From: a virus
Length of the DNA: 64,000 nucleotides
Reading direction: 5' to 3' (one strand)
Virus record (IMG/VR): IMGVR_UViG_3300047297_000301
Coordinates: 35,691 to 99,690 of that record
Numbering within the stretch: position 1 is the stretch's first letter; each line of letters begins with the position of its first letter. Below the pieces are notes generated by a model that was not told the origin of the DNA, did no database searches, and worked only from the letters and a program-made list of their open reading frames with translations. This document shows, piece by piece, positions 1 through 9,402 of the stretch. A program made the position numbers and the translations under genes.

Positions 1-17
1 CTATTCAATTTTGGAAT

Positions 18-662
18 ATGTTAATGGGCGACGGGTATAGTAACGCTAGTGCTACCACTGAGCGTATGCAAGGAGCTGACTCAGAAAATGAGTTACCCCG
101 TAGATTACAATTTGCAAGCGGTAATCGTGTAGGGTATATGCGCGACGTATTTCACTATGATAATAGTCAAGGCGAACCAGGACATACTCTTAGATGTCTG
201 CCCATTCGTAATACTAATTCAGGTAGTGTTTCGGTAAGTGTAAGTGGTGTTGTATCTAATTATTGGAGTAGTGGCCAAGAGGGTGCTCAAATAGCTTACT
301 TTACTCCTAATGCTGGTAAATATAGTACAGTTACTGCTGTAACTGGAACAAGTGTGGCTAACTTAACTAGTAATAATATTAGAGCAAAAGAACTAACAGG
401 ATCAGTAACTATTCCTGGAAATACAACCGTACTAGTTACCTTAACTAGTACTGACTGGTATGAAACTACGTATCGATTTAAAGACTGCAACTATTTTTAT
501 AAGTTACACGAAACTTTTACGGGAACTAATGGAGTAATTTGTGATATGCGTATGTTATCACATTTAGCTCGCGGAAGACCTTATTTACCATATACAGGAA
601 GTTTAGCTACTGCTTTAGCTCCATTATGGACAACTTGCGCAACGCAGTATGGAGATAGATAA
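18..662 (+). CDS. virion/tail-associated protein (probably 5'-truncated)
   Basis: S/T/G-rich beta-type ORF at the end of the tail module; may extend upstream of the window. Confidence 0.45.
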   Translation: MLMGDGYSNASATTERMQGADSENELPRRLQFASGNRVGYMRDVFHYDNSQGEPGHTLRCLPIRNTNSGSVSVSVSGVVSNYWSSGQEGAQIAYFTPNAGKYSTVTAVTGTSVANLTSNNIRAKELTGSVTIPGNTTVLVTLTSTDWYETTYRFKDCNYFYKLHETFTGTNGVICDMRMLSHLARGRPYLPYTGSLATALAPLWTTCATQYGDR

Positions 663-1039
663 TGAGTGCAAATATAATTGAAAACTTAACAGTATGTGAA
701 ATAAAGGAGATCATTAGTACTCCTACATTTCAAACAAATACTTTTTCACTAACAGATTCTTGTACTTTTTACATAACTAGTAATCCTGGTAGTACTGTAA
801 ATCTAACTAATGTTAGCTTAACTTCAAATGGTGTAATAACAGTTACTTTTATTAGCCCTAATGGAAGTATGGTAATACCTAGTACACTAACTGTTAACGG
901 TACTGGAGTAAGTATTAAATGGCAAGGCGGCACCGCTCCTAGCCAAAGCAGTAATCAAATTCAACTAGTAGTATTTTCTATAATTACTTTGAATAATGCT
1001 GTAGCACATGTAATTGGTGCAAAATCAAACTATAATTAA
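662..1039 (+). CDS. tail-fibre-associated beta-rich protein
   Basis: coupled to previous ORF; 'IKWQGGTAPS' motif typical of phage tail-fibre C-terminal domains. Confidence 0.5.
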   Translation: MSANIIENLTVCEIKEIISTPTFQTNTFSLTDSCTFYITSNPGSTVNLTNVSLTSNGVITVTFISPNGSMVIPSTLTVNGTGVSIKWQGGTAPSQSSNQIQLVVFSIITLNNAVAHVIGAKSNYN

Positions 1040-1047
1040 GGTATAAC

Positions 1048-1983
1048 ATGACAATTCTAAACAGAGTTTCTTCTGGAGTTATACTAAGCTCTGCTGCTGG
1101 AGGGGCTGCTGCTGCTGAAGTAGTAGCAGCCCCTGGACAAGCCTTGTTTGGCACTAATGTTGGTCCTGGTACTTATAGCTGGACGGTTCCCGCTAATGTT
1201 AAAACAATTAGCGCAGTGGCCGTAGGCGGTGGAGGCGGTGGTCCATATATTTGGGACAATGGCGGTGGCGGTGGAGGGGGCTTAGGGTGGAAAAATAGTA
1301 TTCCAGTTCAACCTGGTCAATCAATTACCGTTGAAGTAGGTAGTGGAGGCGGCTGGTGGAGTTTTGGGGCTAGTCCAGGTACCTTAAGTTATGTACTAAG
1401 TAGTTCTGTCGTACGAGGCGGTCCTGGTCAGCCAGGGCGTAGCGGTGCAGGTGGTAGCTACACAGGCGATGGTGGTGGCAATGGCGGTGCTGGAGGCAAC
1501 TTTGGTGGAGACAATAGCGGTGGCGGCGCTGGTGGTTACACTGCTCAAGGCGGTAATTACAACCAACCTAGTTTTGGTTGGGGCGGCGGTGGTGGTGGTT
1601 ATTACTCAAGTTTTGGTGGTACAGCTGCAGGCGGAGGCGTTGGTTTACGTGGCACTCAAGTACTTCCTAATGGATTCGGCAGTGCTACTGTTTATTGTTA
1701 TAGCCCTTGGCAAGGATACAATACTACTTTTAGCTTTGGTGCTGGTGGTGGTGGTGGTGCTGGTGGTGGAGGCAATGGTGACTATGGTCAAACACCCTGG
1801 ACTAGTTTTGGACCATGGAATGGTATTAGTGCCAAAGGCGGTACTTATGGTGGTGGCGGAGGTGGTAGTGGTACTCACGGATTTAATGGTTATACTGGCG
1901 GCCCAGGTGCTCAAGGCGGTTGCCGTATTATTTGGGGCAAAGGCAGAGAATTTCCAGGTACCTTAACAGACGATGTATTATAA
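1048..1983 (+). CDS. glycine-rich tail fibre/adhesin-like protein
   Basis: SWTVPANV..AVAVGGGGGG and GAQGGCRIIWG motifs of phage glycine-rich domain proteins. Confidence 0.7.
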   Translation: MTILNRVSSGVILSSAAGGAAAAEVVAAPGQALFGTNVGPGTYSWTVPANVKTISAVAVGGGGGGPYIWDNGGGGGGGLGWKNSIPVQPGQSITVEVGSGGGWWSFGASPGTLSYVLSSSVVRGGPGQPGRSGAGGSYTGDGGGNGGAGGNFGGDNSGGGAGGYTAQGGNYNQPSFGWGGGGGGYYSSFGGTAAGGGVGLRGTQVLPNGFGSATVYCYSPWQGYNTTFSFGAGGGGGAGGGGNGDYGQTPWTSFGPWNGISAKGGTYGGGGGGSGTHGFNGYTGGPGAQGGCRIIWGKGREFPGTLTDDVL

Positions 1984-2003
1984 CATTGGTTAACTAATAA
2001 AAT

Positions 2004-2489
2004 ATGAAATTATATATAAAAATAGACGGACAAGGTGGCACTATAGATCACCCTATGCAATTTGATTCTGCGCAAGTTACTATAAGTTTTCTATTAAACA
2101 AAGAAGCTGAATCAGTTAGCGAACAAGAAATATTAGCAAATGGTTTTGCAATTTTTGAAAATTTTCAAGTTGGTATTGCTGAGCAGATTATATCTGATAA
2201 TGGGTATAAACAATTACCAAACGGTAATTGGACTAGAAATTATGTGCTAAAAGAATTAACTCAGGAAGAAAAATTAGATAAATGGATACGCGGACGCAGA
2301 GACAAAATGCTTTTTATGAGTGATTGGTCACAGTTAACAGATAATGAATTAACTGATGCAGAACGTGCAAAATGGTTAGAGCACAGGCGGTATTTAAGAA
2401 AAATGCCAGAAATATATGCAAATATAACACATCCTGAAGAAGCTGTGTGGCCCGAACCTCCATTGCGAAAACCGTTACCCAAAGTTTAA
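2004..2489 (+). CDS. tail fibre assembly chaperone-like protein
   Basis: C-terminal IRGRRDKML..SDWSQL..W..HRRYLR..P....WPEPP motif. Confidence 0.75.
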   Translation: MKLYIKIDGQGGTIDHPMQFDSAQVTISFLLNKEAESVSEQEILANGFAIFENFQVGIAEQIISDNGYKQLPNGNWTRNYVLKELTQEEKLDKWIRGRRDKMLFMSDWSQLTDNELTDAERAKWLEHRRYLRKMPEIYANITHPEEAVWPEPPLRKPLPKV

Positions 2490-2490
2490 A

Positions 2491-3027
2491 ATGACTACAT
2501 TAAAAGAGTTAACTCATGAAATTCATGAACAAGCAGAATTCCATCCATTTACTAAACTAGTTTTATCAAAAAATATTACTAATCAGATATACGGGGATTT
2601 TTTATATAATCAGCACGCAGTATACCATACACTGGAAACAGTAGCTGGTATACGTGGATTATTAACAGACTTGCCAGGATTATGTCGAGCTGACTTAATA
2701 CGTGAAGATTTAGACGACCTAAGTATAACAACCGTCAAACTATATACTAGCACTCACAAGTATACTCACTATGTGGCATGCAATCTAACAGATGATCAAT
2801 TACTAGCGCACCTATACGTACGACATATGGGCGATATGTATGGCGGTCAAATGATTAAAAAATGTGTTCCTGGCAATGGCCGTATGTATAAGTTTGAAAA
2901 TCGCAAAGAATTAATTCAAGCTTTGCGAAACAAATTAGATACCTCAATGGCTTCTGAAGCCATTCATTGTTTTGGTTATGCTATTCAACTATTTACAGAG
3001 TTAGCCAATGAGCACAATATTCAGTAA
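2491..3027 (+). CDS. hemO: heme oxygenase
   Basis: LKELTHEIHEQAE N-terminus with proximal His; AHLYVRHMGDMYGGQMI signature. Confidence 0.9.
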   Translation: MTTLKELTHEIHEQAEFHPFTKLVLSKNITNQIYGDFLYNQHAVYHTLETVAGIRGLLTDLPGLCRADLIREDLDDLSITTVKLYTSTHKYTHYVACNLTDDQLLAHLYVRHMGDMYGGQMIKKCVPGNGRMYKFENRKELIQALRNKLDTSMASEAIHCFGYAIQLFTELANEHNIQ

Positions 3028-3694
3028 ACTAAAAGCTCATGCAGCGGAATTGGAAACAATTCTTGCTGCACGAGCTTTTCCTTTGCCAACAGAGTACGAT
3101 TCTGGTTGGTACACTAAGAATTTTTCTAGTGCTTGGATCCGACGTGGTAACTTAGATGTTATTGACGTGTCAGAATCCAAAAAACTTTATATGATGCACT
3201 TGTGTATATTCCCGCACGTTTACGATGCAGCCCCTATTTACGGCTTTGACATTGTAGCAGGAACAAATAAAATCACAGGAGCGTTTTTAGATTTTTCACC
3301 TACAGGCGACCCTGAGCACCCAATGTGCAAATGGTTTCAAGAGTTTGTAGAACCTACTTCGTGGGCAAAACCACGAGAGCTGCCTGAATGGGCACGAAAT
3401 ATATTTTCAAACCGCATGGTTGCAGCAGGTAATATTAATACTGATTTTGAACTTGCAGTTATACTAGAGATTTCAAAGAAGTCGTTAATTTACTACTTGG
3501 ACAGTATATCAAAATATCGTCCAGCACTAAAATACGAAGATATGGTAGCACAACATAATTTTACTGAAAAGCAAAATTATTACTGTCAGCAACAAAAATG
3601 TAACCCACATACTCCACGAGTATTGAAAACACTAGGATTTAACGATGATCAAGTACATGAGTACATACATAAAGAACTATTTCCTGAAGTATGA
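3008..3694 (+). CDS. pcyX: ferredoxin-dependent bilin reductase (PcyA/PcyX family)
   Basis: MMHLCIFP..PIYGFDIVAG..GAFLDFSP, RELPEWA.IFS and QQK.NPHT.RVL motifs; adjacent to heme oxygenase. Confidence 0.8.
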   Translation: MSTIFSKLKAHAAELETILAARAFPLPTEYDSGWYTKNFSSAWIRRGNLDVIDVSESKKLYMMHLCIFPHVYDAAPIYGFDIVAGTNKITGAFLDFSPTGDPEHPMCKWFQEFVEPTSWAKPRELPEWARNIFSNRMVAAGNINTDFELAVILEISKKSLIYYLDSISKYRPALKYEDMVAQHNFTEKQNYYCQQQKCNPHTPRVLKTLGFNDDQVHEYIHKELFPEV

Positions 3695-3739
3695 ACAACA
3701 ATGGATAGATTATTGGTATCATTACGGAGGACCTAAATA

Positions 3740-4156
3740 ATGTGGATACTACAATTTTTACCCAACTGGATATTTTACTTAGCATTAATAGCAGGCATAG
3801 CCGCCCTTTTAATCACACATTTTGTTAAAGTATTACCTAACGCGCAGTTAATTAAATTAGCAAGCGTTGCAGTAGTTTTGTTTAGCATTTTTATGATAGG
3901 TGCTATATCAAATAATGATGCTTGGCTAGCCAAAATCAAAGACTTAGAAGTTAAGGTTGCACAAGCAGAAGCTAAGTCAGCTGCAACAAATACTGATATT
4001 GTAGAAAAAACTGTTGTAAAAACGCAAATTGTTAAACAACGTGGTCAAGACATTGTTAAGTATGTAGACCGCGAAGTTGTTAAGTATGACACAACTTGTG
4101 TTATTCCCAAAGAATTTGTACTTGTACACAACCGTGCAGCAGAGGCACCAAAATGA
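3740..4156 (+). CDS. Rz-like inner-membrane spanin
   Basis: N-terminal TM helices then coiled coil; overlaps a lipoprotein gene; upstream of endolysin. Confidence 0.65.
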   Translation: MWILQFLPNWIFYLALIAGIAALLITHFVKVLPNAQLIKLASVAVVLFSIFMIGAISNNDAWLAKIKDLEVKVAQAEAKSAATNTDIVEKTVVKTQIVKQRGQDIVKYVDREVVKYDTTCVIPKEFVLVHNRAAEAPK

Positions 4157-4416
4157 AATTGTTAATATTATCATTAGTTTTGTTACTTAGTGCCTGCACA
4201 ACTGTTCCAGTGGTCGCAAAGTTTCCACAAGCACCAGGTGCACTAGTACAAGAGCCTTGCCCTAACTTGCAAAAACTGCAAGACGAAGCCAAATTATCAG
4301 ATGTTGCAAAAATTGTAACGGTTAATTATACCGAATACTATATGTGCGCTGTGAAATTAGAAGCCTGGCAGCGTTGGTATCGTGAACAAAAAACCATTTA
4401 TGAAAGCGTGAAGTAA
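4153..4416 (+). CDS. Rz1-like outer-membrane lipoprotein spanin
   Basis: MKLLILSLVLLLSAC lipobox from ATG 4153; Pro/Cys-containing. Confidence 0.7.
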   Translation: MKLLILSLVLLLSACTTVPVVAKFPQAPGALVQEPCPNLQKLQDEAKLSDVAKIVTVNYTEYYMCAVKLEAWQRWYREQKTIYESVK

Positions 4417-5030
4417 TGGAATTAACACTTGCTCAACTAAAACAAATTGTTGATAAAAATCCACATATAGAGTACTGGCATCGTGCATTAGTACAACTAT
4501 TACCAGAATACGAAATTAACACTCCACAACGCATGGCAGCTTTTTTAGCGCAATGCGCACACGAGTCAGGCGGGTTTCGTGCAATCAAAGAAAACTTAAA
4601 CTATCGTGCAGTTACGCTCAGGAAGATTTTTGGCAAATACTTTCCCACTGATGAAATGGCTCAACAATATGCAAACAAACCAGAAAAAATTGCTAACTTA
4701 GTTTATGCTAATAGGATGGGTAATGGCGGACCTGAAACAGGCGATGGCTATCGTTATTCGGGTCGTGGACTGATTCAGCTAACTGGCAAAGACAATTACT
4801 TTTGGTTTGCCGCTTCAATAAACTTAACAGCTGAAGCTGCTAGTGAATATATGGAAACCTTTGAAGGTGCAGCACAATCGGCGTGCTGGTTCTGGGAAAC
4901 AAACAACTTAAATCAGTGGGCAGATAAAGACGATATCTTAACACTAACTAAACGTATCAATGGCGGTACTATTGGCCTAGAAGATCGTATAAAACATTAT
5001 GAACATGCCAAGCATGTACTAGGAGCCTAA
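4416..5030 (+). CDS. endolysin, glycoside hydrolase family 19
   Basis: AAFLAQCAHESGGF, YSGRGLIQLTGKDNY and TKRINGG motifs. Confidence 0.9.
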   Translation: MELTLAQLKQIVDKNPHIEYWHRALVQLLPEYEINTPQRMAAFLAQCAHESGGFRAIKENLNYRAVTLRKIFGKYFPTDEMAQQYANKPEKIANLVYANRMGNGGPETGDGYRYSGRGLIQLTGKDNYFWFAASINLTAEAASEYMETFEGAAQSACWFWETNNLNQWADKDDILTLTKRINGGTIGLEDRIKHYEHAKHVLGA

Positions 5031-5033
5031 GCG

Positions 5034-5171
5034 GTGCTTGCCGCTTGGTTAGTTTCATTAACATTAAGTTATGCCAAACCTGAAGAATATGAATGTGTTA
5101 GGTGGGCATGGACTGGAGACGTATATAATCGAAAAGTAATTTGTTTAGAATGGCGTAAAAAACGCCGATAG
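5034..5171 (+). CDS. small secreted hypothetical protein (45 aa)
   Basis: GTG start, MLAAWLVSLTLSYAKPEEYECVRWAWTGDVYNRKVICLEWRKKRR; below ORF-track cutoff. Confidence 0.55.
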   Translation: MLAAWLVSLTLSYAKPEEYECVRWAWTGDVYNRKVICLEWRKKRR

Positions 5172-5180
5172 GGGGTAAGT

Positions 5181-5678
5181 ATGATAGATCCAATGACCGC
5201 ACTAGCGGGGATACAAACGGCCATTTCTATGGTTAAAAAAGCCAGCGCAGTTGCTAACGATTTAGGGTCGTTAGCACCAATGATTGGCAAAATGTTTGAT
5301 GCTAAAAGCACGGCAACTAAAGCTTTAATGGAAGCAAAGAAGTCTGGCAAAGGCAACAACATGGGCACTGCCTTACAAATTGAGATGGCCCTAGAACAAG
5401 CCAGAGCATTTGAAGAAGAACTAAAAATGTTGTTTATGCAAACAGGCAAAATTGATGTTTGGAACAAGATTAAAGCACGTCAGGCTGAAATGGATGCCAA
5501 TGATGCTAATGAACTAAGACTTTTTAATGCTCAAGAACGAGCACGTAAACAAAAAGAAGAAGAATTAAACGAATGGGCTATGATACTTGGTGGAGCTGCT
5601 TTTGTTTTATTTATAATGTTTATTGGCGGATACGAACTAATGCAATACTGCCAAACAGGTAATAGGTGTGGCCGATGA
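5181..5678 (+). CDS. membrane-anchored coiled-coil hypothetical protein
   Basis: C-terminal TM helix; MIDPMTALA N-terminus. Confidence 0.6.
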   Translation: MIDPMTALAGIQTAISMVKKASAVANDLGSLAPMIGKMFDAKSTATKALMEAKKSGKGNNMGTALQIEMALEQARAFEEELKMLFMQTGKIDVWNKIKARQAEMDANDANELRLFNAQERARKQKEEELNEWAMILGGAAFVLFIMFIGGYELMQYCQTGNRCGR

Positions 5679-5824
5679 ATGAGTACCAAAAAACAGCGGA
5701 TTTGTGTTTTAAAATATTCACTTACGGATGTGTAGCACTTTATGCTTTAGGGTTTTTAAAATTTTTACCAGACGATCTATCAGATAAAATTGTTAATTTA
5801 TTATTAGGAAAAATAGGGCTATAA
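5675..5824 (+). CDS. small membrane protein (49 aa)
   Basis: ATGA overlap with previous gene; hydrophobic core. Confidence 0.5.
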   Translation: MNEYQKTADLCFKIFTYGCVALYALGFLKFLPDDLSDKIVNLLLGKIGL

Positions 5825-6130
5825 ATGCACAATGATTTAAAACTATTTAAATGGGCAATACTTTTGTTATCAATACCTTTAGCTTTAGCATTTTTTGGTA
5901 AAGACAGCTATCGCTACCCATGTCAAGACCCTGCAAACTGGGAAAAAGATTACTGTAAAGTACCTATCTGTGACGTTAACAGAACTTGCCCAGAGCATAT
6001 TTTCAAAGGCCAACGCGATCCAAGACTAGGACCTCCCAAAGATGGACAAACTCAAACAACTAATCAGTCATTTGCAGCAACAACTGCGTGCACACCTCAG
6101 CAAACACAAGGAGCTACCCGTGGAAAGTAA
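5825..6130 (+). CDS. exported Cys-containing hypothetical protein
   Basis: signal/TM segment, YRYPCQDPANW..C..P.C....TC motif. Confidence 0.6.
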   Translation: MHNDLKLFKWAILLLSIPLALAFFGKDSYRYPCQDPANWEKDYCKVPICDVNRTCPEHIFKGQRDPRLGPPKDGQTQTTNQSFAATTACTPQQTQGATRGK

Positions 6131-6578
6131 CCCAATTATTTATACTGAAGATCAGCTAATGGCGCGCCTAAAATTCTTTATTGGGATTTGTTTGGCCCTT
6201 ACATTAACTGGCATTGTGTTTGTAGTTTTGTACTCCATTATTTTTATTACTCAACCGCTAAACGCTATTAGCCCGATTGACCAAAAGTTCTTTGAGATGA
6301 TTATTCCTATTGCTACCTTTTTAACAGGTACATTATCAGGAATTATGTTAGCAGGTGGTAGCAAAGAAGAAATGGAAATGAAACGTGACATGATTAAACA
6401 AGCGCAAGAAAATTCAAATACTTATGCTAAAGCTAATCCTGTAAAGATTGAACCAACCTTTTCGCCAGGATTCTCAACAACTGCAGGGTTTAATGGAACT
6501 AGTGCTGCTCCTGTTACTAATATTACTTATATTAACGGAAAGCCCGCTCCACAACAAGCACCACATCCAGAGATTTAA
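6120..6578 (+). CDS. two-TM membrane protein, holin candidate
   Basis: two TM helices; likely GTG start at 6120 after GGAG (ORF open from 6042). Confidence 0.5.
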   Translation: MESNPIIYTEDQLMARLKFFIGICLALTLTGIVFVVLYSIIFITQPLNAISPIDQKFFEMIIPIATFLTGTLSGIMLAGGSKEEMEMKRDMIKQAQENSNTYAKANPVKIEPTFSPGFSTTAGFNGTSAAPVTNITYINGKPAPQQAPHPEI

Positions 6579-6797
6579 ATGGATAACGTAAAAATTATGT
6601 TATCAGAAGACTCAGCCGTTAGTAGTAAACGAGTAATTACTTTTTTAGCTTTTTTACTATGTGCTGGTGCTTTTATAGCTATGATACTTGGTTATCCCAT
6701 AGACGCAAAACTATTTGATTCTATGATGTTTATTGTAATTGCAGGATTAGGATTTACAGCAAGCGAAAAGTTTGCATCAACTAAGGAAAAGAAATGA
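6579..6797 (+). CDS. small two-TM protein, holin candidate
   Basis: SSKRV then 2 TM helices and charged C-terminus, in lysis region. Confidence 0.5.
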   Translation: MDNVKIMLSEDSAVSSKRVITFLAFLLCAGAFIAMILGYPIDAKLFDSMMFIVIAGLGFTASEKFASTKEKK

Positions 6798-7009
6798 AAA
6801 AATTTATTGTAGCTGTTATTGCTAGTTTCGCACTTGTGTCAGCATTAGCTTGCGAAGCCGCAGAAACCAAAAAAGTCTGTAAAGAAAAAACAGATAAAGC
6901 TGGAAAGCCTGTACTAGACAAAGCAGGCAAACCTCAAGAAGAATGCAAAACTATTAAAGTACACCAAAAACTTGAAGGTACTAAAGTTGAAGACGCTAAG
7001 AAGAAGTAA
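6794..7009 (+). CDS. secreted Lys-rich hypothetical protein
   Basis: signal peptide. Confidence 0.55.
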   Translation: MKKFIVAVIASFALVSALACEAAETKKVCKEKTDKAGKPVLDKAGKPQEECKTIKVHQKLEGTKVEDAKKK

Positions 7010-7017
7010 ATTTATAT

Positions 7018-7046
7018 TTGACAGACACATCTAGGTCTGCTATAAT
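7018..7046 (+). promoter_or_regulatory. sigma70 promoter for phoH
   Basis: TTGACA-N17-TATAAT. Confidence 0.8.
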
Positions 7047-7088
7047 ATAAATAGGCAGATCAATTTTATCAACCTTACAAGGAAGTTT

Positions 7089-7775
7089 ATGGCAAGTGGT
7101 AAAAGAGCAAGACGCGACAATGTAATTCAATTGGAACGTAACCCAGTAGAGTATGGATTTACAGATGTAAAACCTTTAAACTTTATACAAGCAGAATATC
7201 TAAGAGCAATTCAATCTAATCAAATAGTATTTGGTGTAGGAAGTGCTGGAACAGGTAAGACGTATGTAGCAGCAACATATGCTGCGGGAGAACTCTTTCA
7301 TAGACGTATTCAGAAGATAGTTCTGACTAGACCCAACGTAGAAACAGGTCGTGGGCTAGGATTTTTACCAGGTACACTAGAGGAGAAATACGCTCCCTAT
7401 CTAGAACCTTTTGATAATGTGTTTGCTCGTAGCCTTGGCAAAGGTTTTTATGAGTATGCACTAAAAGCAAAAACAATTGAGCCTAAACCACTGGGTTTTA
7501 TGCGGGGTGCAACTTTTGACAATTGCATCGTTCTCTTAGATGAAGCACAAAATGCTACAAAAGAAGAGATGAAAATGCTGTTATCACGTATTGGTAAAAA
7601 TTGTAAAATGATTATCTCAGGAGATGTAGATCAATCTGATATTCCTGATTCAGGACTATCAGACGCAATTCATCGTTTAGACTGTATTCCAGATATTGAA
7701 GTTGTCAGATTCATGGATGATGATATTGTACGATCTAAAATGTGTAAACAAATTATATTAGCTTATAGAGATTAA
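7089..7775 (+). CDS. phoH: PhoH-like ATPase
   Basis: GSAGTGKT, LGFLPGTLEEK, FMRGATF, DEAQN and SGDVDQSD motifs. Confidence 0.95.
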   Translation: MASGKRARRDNVIQLERNPVEYGFTDVKPLNFIQAEYLRAIQSNQIVFGVGSAGTGKTYVAATYAAGELFHRRIQKIVLTRPNVETGRGLGFLPGTLEEKYAPYLEPFDNVFARSLGKGFYEYALKAKTIEPKPLGFMRGATFDNCIVLLDEAQNATKEEMKMLLSRIGKNCKMIISGDVDQSDIPDSGLSDAIHRLDCIPDIEVVRFMDDDIVRSKMCKQIILAYRD

Positions 7776-7778
7776 ATT

Positions 7779-8417
7779 ATGGCAACAACTTATAAGCCTA
7801 CATCAGGCATGGCAAGCGCAGCCAAACGCGCACTAAAATGGCGAGCGGATGGTAAGCCGGGAGGTACACTGGTAGGATTAGCACGGGCAAATCAACTAAA
7901 AGATCGTGATCCTCTTACAGCTTCAACTGTGCTCAGAATGTTCTCCTTTTTTAGCCGACACGAAGTAGACAAACGTGCTACTGGATTTAACAGTGGTGAA
8001 GAAGGTTTTCCAAGCAAAGGTCGAGTAGCCTGGGACTTGTGGGGCGGAGATGGTGGATACTCTTGGAGTACTGCTAAACGCAATCAAATTATGCGTGCAC
8101 GAGAAGGCAAAGCACTTCACCTAGTAAAACTAAGTGAAAAAGGTATTGTACCTAAAATGGCACGTATGGTAGCTGCTCAGGTACTTGAAAACTACGCAAA
8201 TGAGTATATCAGCGAAGAGCTGGAAGCATTTGGTCAGTTTATGTATCACGCAGAACTCTTACGAAATGATCATTTAGACGTTTACCTAGTAGACTTACAC
8301 ATGGTAGACCAACCTTATCGTGATATGCTTGTTAACGTATTTGGTAATTTACACAGTATGCATGACGAAGATGAGACTGTTGATGACGAAGATTCAGACG
8401 AAGATACTCCCACTTAA
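7779..8417 (+). CDS. conserved phage hypothetical protein
   Basis: GGTLVGLARANQL..RMFSFFSRH..AWDLWGGD domain seen in phage head-related proteins; acidic tail. Confidence 0.55.
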   Translation: MATTYKPTSGMASAAKRALKWRADGKPGGTLVGLARANQLKDRDPLTASTVLRMFSFFSRHEVDKRATGFNSGEEGFPSKGRVAWDLWGGDGGYSWSTAKRNQIMRAREGKALHLVKLSEKGIVPKMARMVAAQVLENYANEYISEELEAFGQFMYHAELLRNDHLDVYLVDLHMVDQPYRDMLVNVFGNLHSMHDEDETVDDEDSDEDTPT

Positions 8418-8437
8418 CAATTATATAGAAAGCGATT

Positions 8438-8509
8438 ATGGCAACTAAACCCAAAACTCCTCCAAAAATGCCAAAAGTTCCTGGTAAGAAACCAAAACCT
8501 GCGTACTAA
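8438..8509 (+). CDS. 23-aa Lys/Pro-rich peptide
   Basis: MATKPKTPPKMPKVPGKKPKPAY just before terminator. Confidence 0.35.
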   Translation: MATKPKTPPKMPKVPGKKPKPAY

Positions 8510-8511
8510 AT

Positions 8512-8549
8512 AAAAAAGCCCCTATAGAGCAATCTATAGGGGCTTTTTT
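8512..8549. terminator. bidirectional intrinsic terminator
   Basis: AAAAAAGCCCCTATAGA-GCAA-TCTATAGGGGCTTTTTT between convergent genes. Confidence 0.85.
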
Positions 8550-8986
8550 CATTCTTGCAATGTCGAGTATAATTTCCAACCGTGTTCACGGTGTTCTTCT
8601 ATACGTTCACTTAAAAATGCACATAAGTCTGGCATTTTATACATTTCAGCTAATTGATATGCTGTTAGTAGTGTTTCATGTACTTTGACGTTATCTATAT
8701 ACAATGTGCGTACCATCTCTTTTGGAGGAAGAATTTCTAGTGTATCTTGTATATCGGACATTTCTTTTAAGTGTTGAAAACTTGCATGCACATAAATGTT
8801 TTGACCACGTAAAGTTTCAGCAAAGTCGTCTAACTCGTCTTGAACTTCGTCGTATATATCTCCAAACAACTTATGGTACTGTACAAAGTTAACACCAGTT
8901 ACATTCCAGTGAAAGTTTTCTGCTTTTACTAAAAACGCATAGGTTGTTGCAAAAGCCCGTTTAAGGGCCATGTGTAGTTCTTCCAT
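8549..8986 (-). CDS. dps: Dps/ferritin-like protein
   Basis: K..NFHWNV.G..F..YH.LF..IY......D..AE ferroxidase motif and H..H.W.L. Confidence 0.85.
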   Translation of the reverse strand: MEELHMALKRAFATTYAFLVKAENFHWNVTGVNFVQYHKLFGDIYDEVQDELDDFAETLRGQNIYVHASFQHLKEMSDIQDTLEILPPKEMVRTLYIDNVKVHETLLTAYQLAEMYKMPDLCAFLSERIEEHREHGWKLYSTLQE

Positions 8987-9390
8987 TATACAACATTCCA
9001 GTTAGTGCCGCTAAATATTAGTGTAACTGCACCATCTGTTGCGGCTAAAACGGTATAGCTTGCTGCATTTTCAACAGTTTCTGCTCCGTTTGGAGTAATT
9101 GTAAAATCACTGGTTTGACCAGCTTCTGATTTTACTACTACTACACGACCTTCTGTGCCTGCTGTTAATAATATACTAATTGCAGCACCTGTGCCAACTA
9201 CTCCAAGATAGTAGTTAGGTGTTGCGCCAGCGCTATCAAGAGTATAAGGACTTGCTGCATTGTTTACTAATTTAGTGTTAACTGTGCCGTTGCCAACAAC
9301 AGAAATAACGCCGTTGGTTACGTTTACACCGCTTCCAACTTTAACTACACCATAGTTGGTGGTTGAACTTAAGGGGCTATTAAATGCCAT
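8986..9390 (-). CDS. beta-sandwich structural-like protein
   Basis: shares N-terminal motif with 9403-9954 and C-terminal domain with 9951-10445. Confidence 0.55.
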   Translation of the reverse strand: MAFNSPLSSTTNYGVVKVGSGVNVTNGVISVVGNGTVNTKLVNNAASPYTLDSAGATPNYYLGVVGTGAAISILLTAGTEGRVVVVKSEAGQTSDFTITPNGAETVENAASYTVLAATDGAVTLIFSGTNWNVV

Positions 9391-9402
9391 GATTTTTCCT
9401 TT

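Noticed and set aside
1445-1966. Val-rich alternative-frame ORF and antisense 1645-1914
   Set aside because: Shadow frames of the GGT-rich glycine gene
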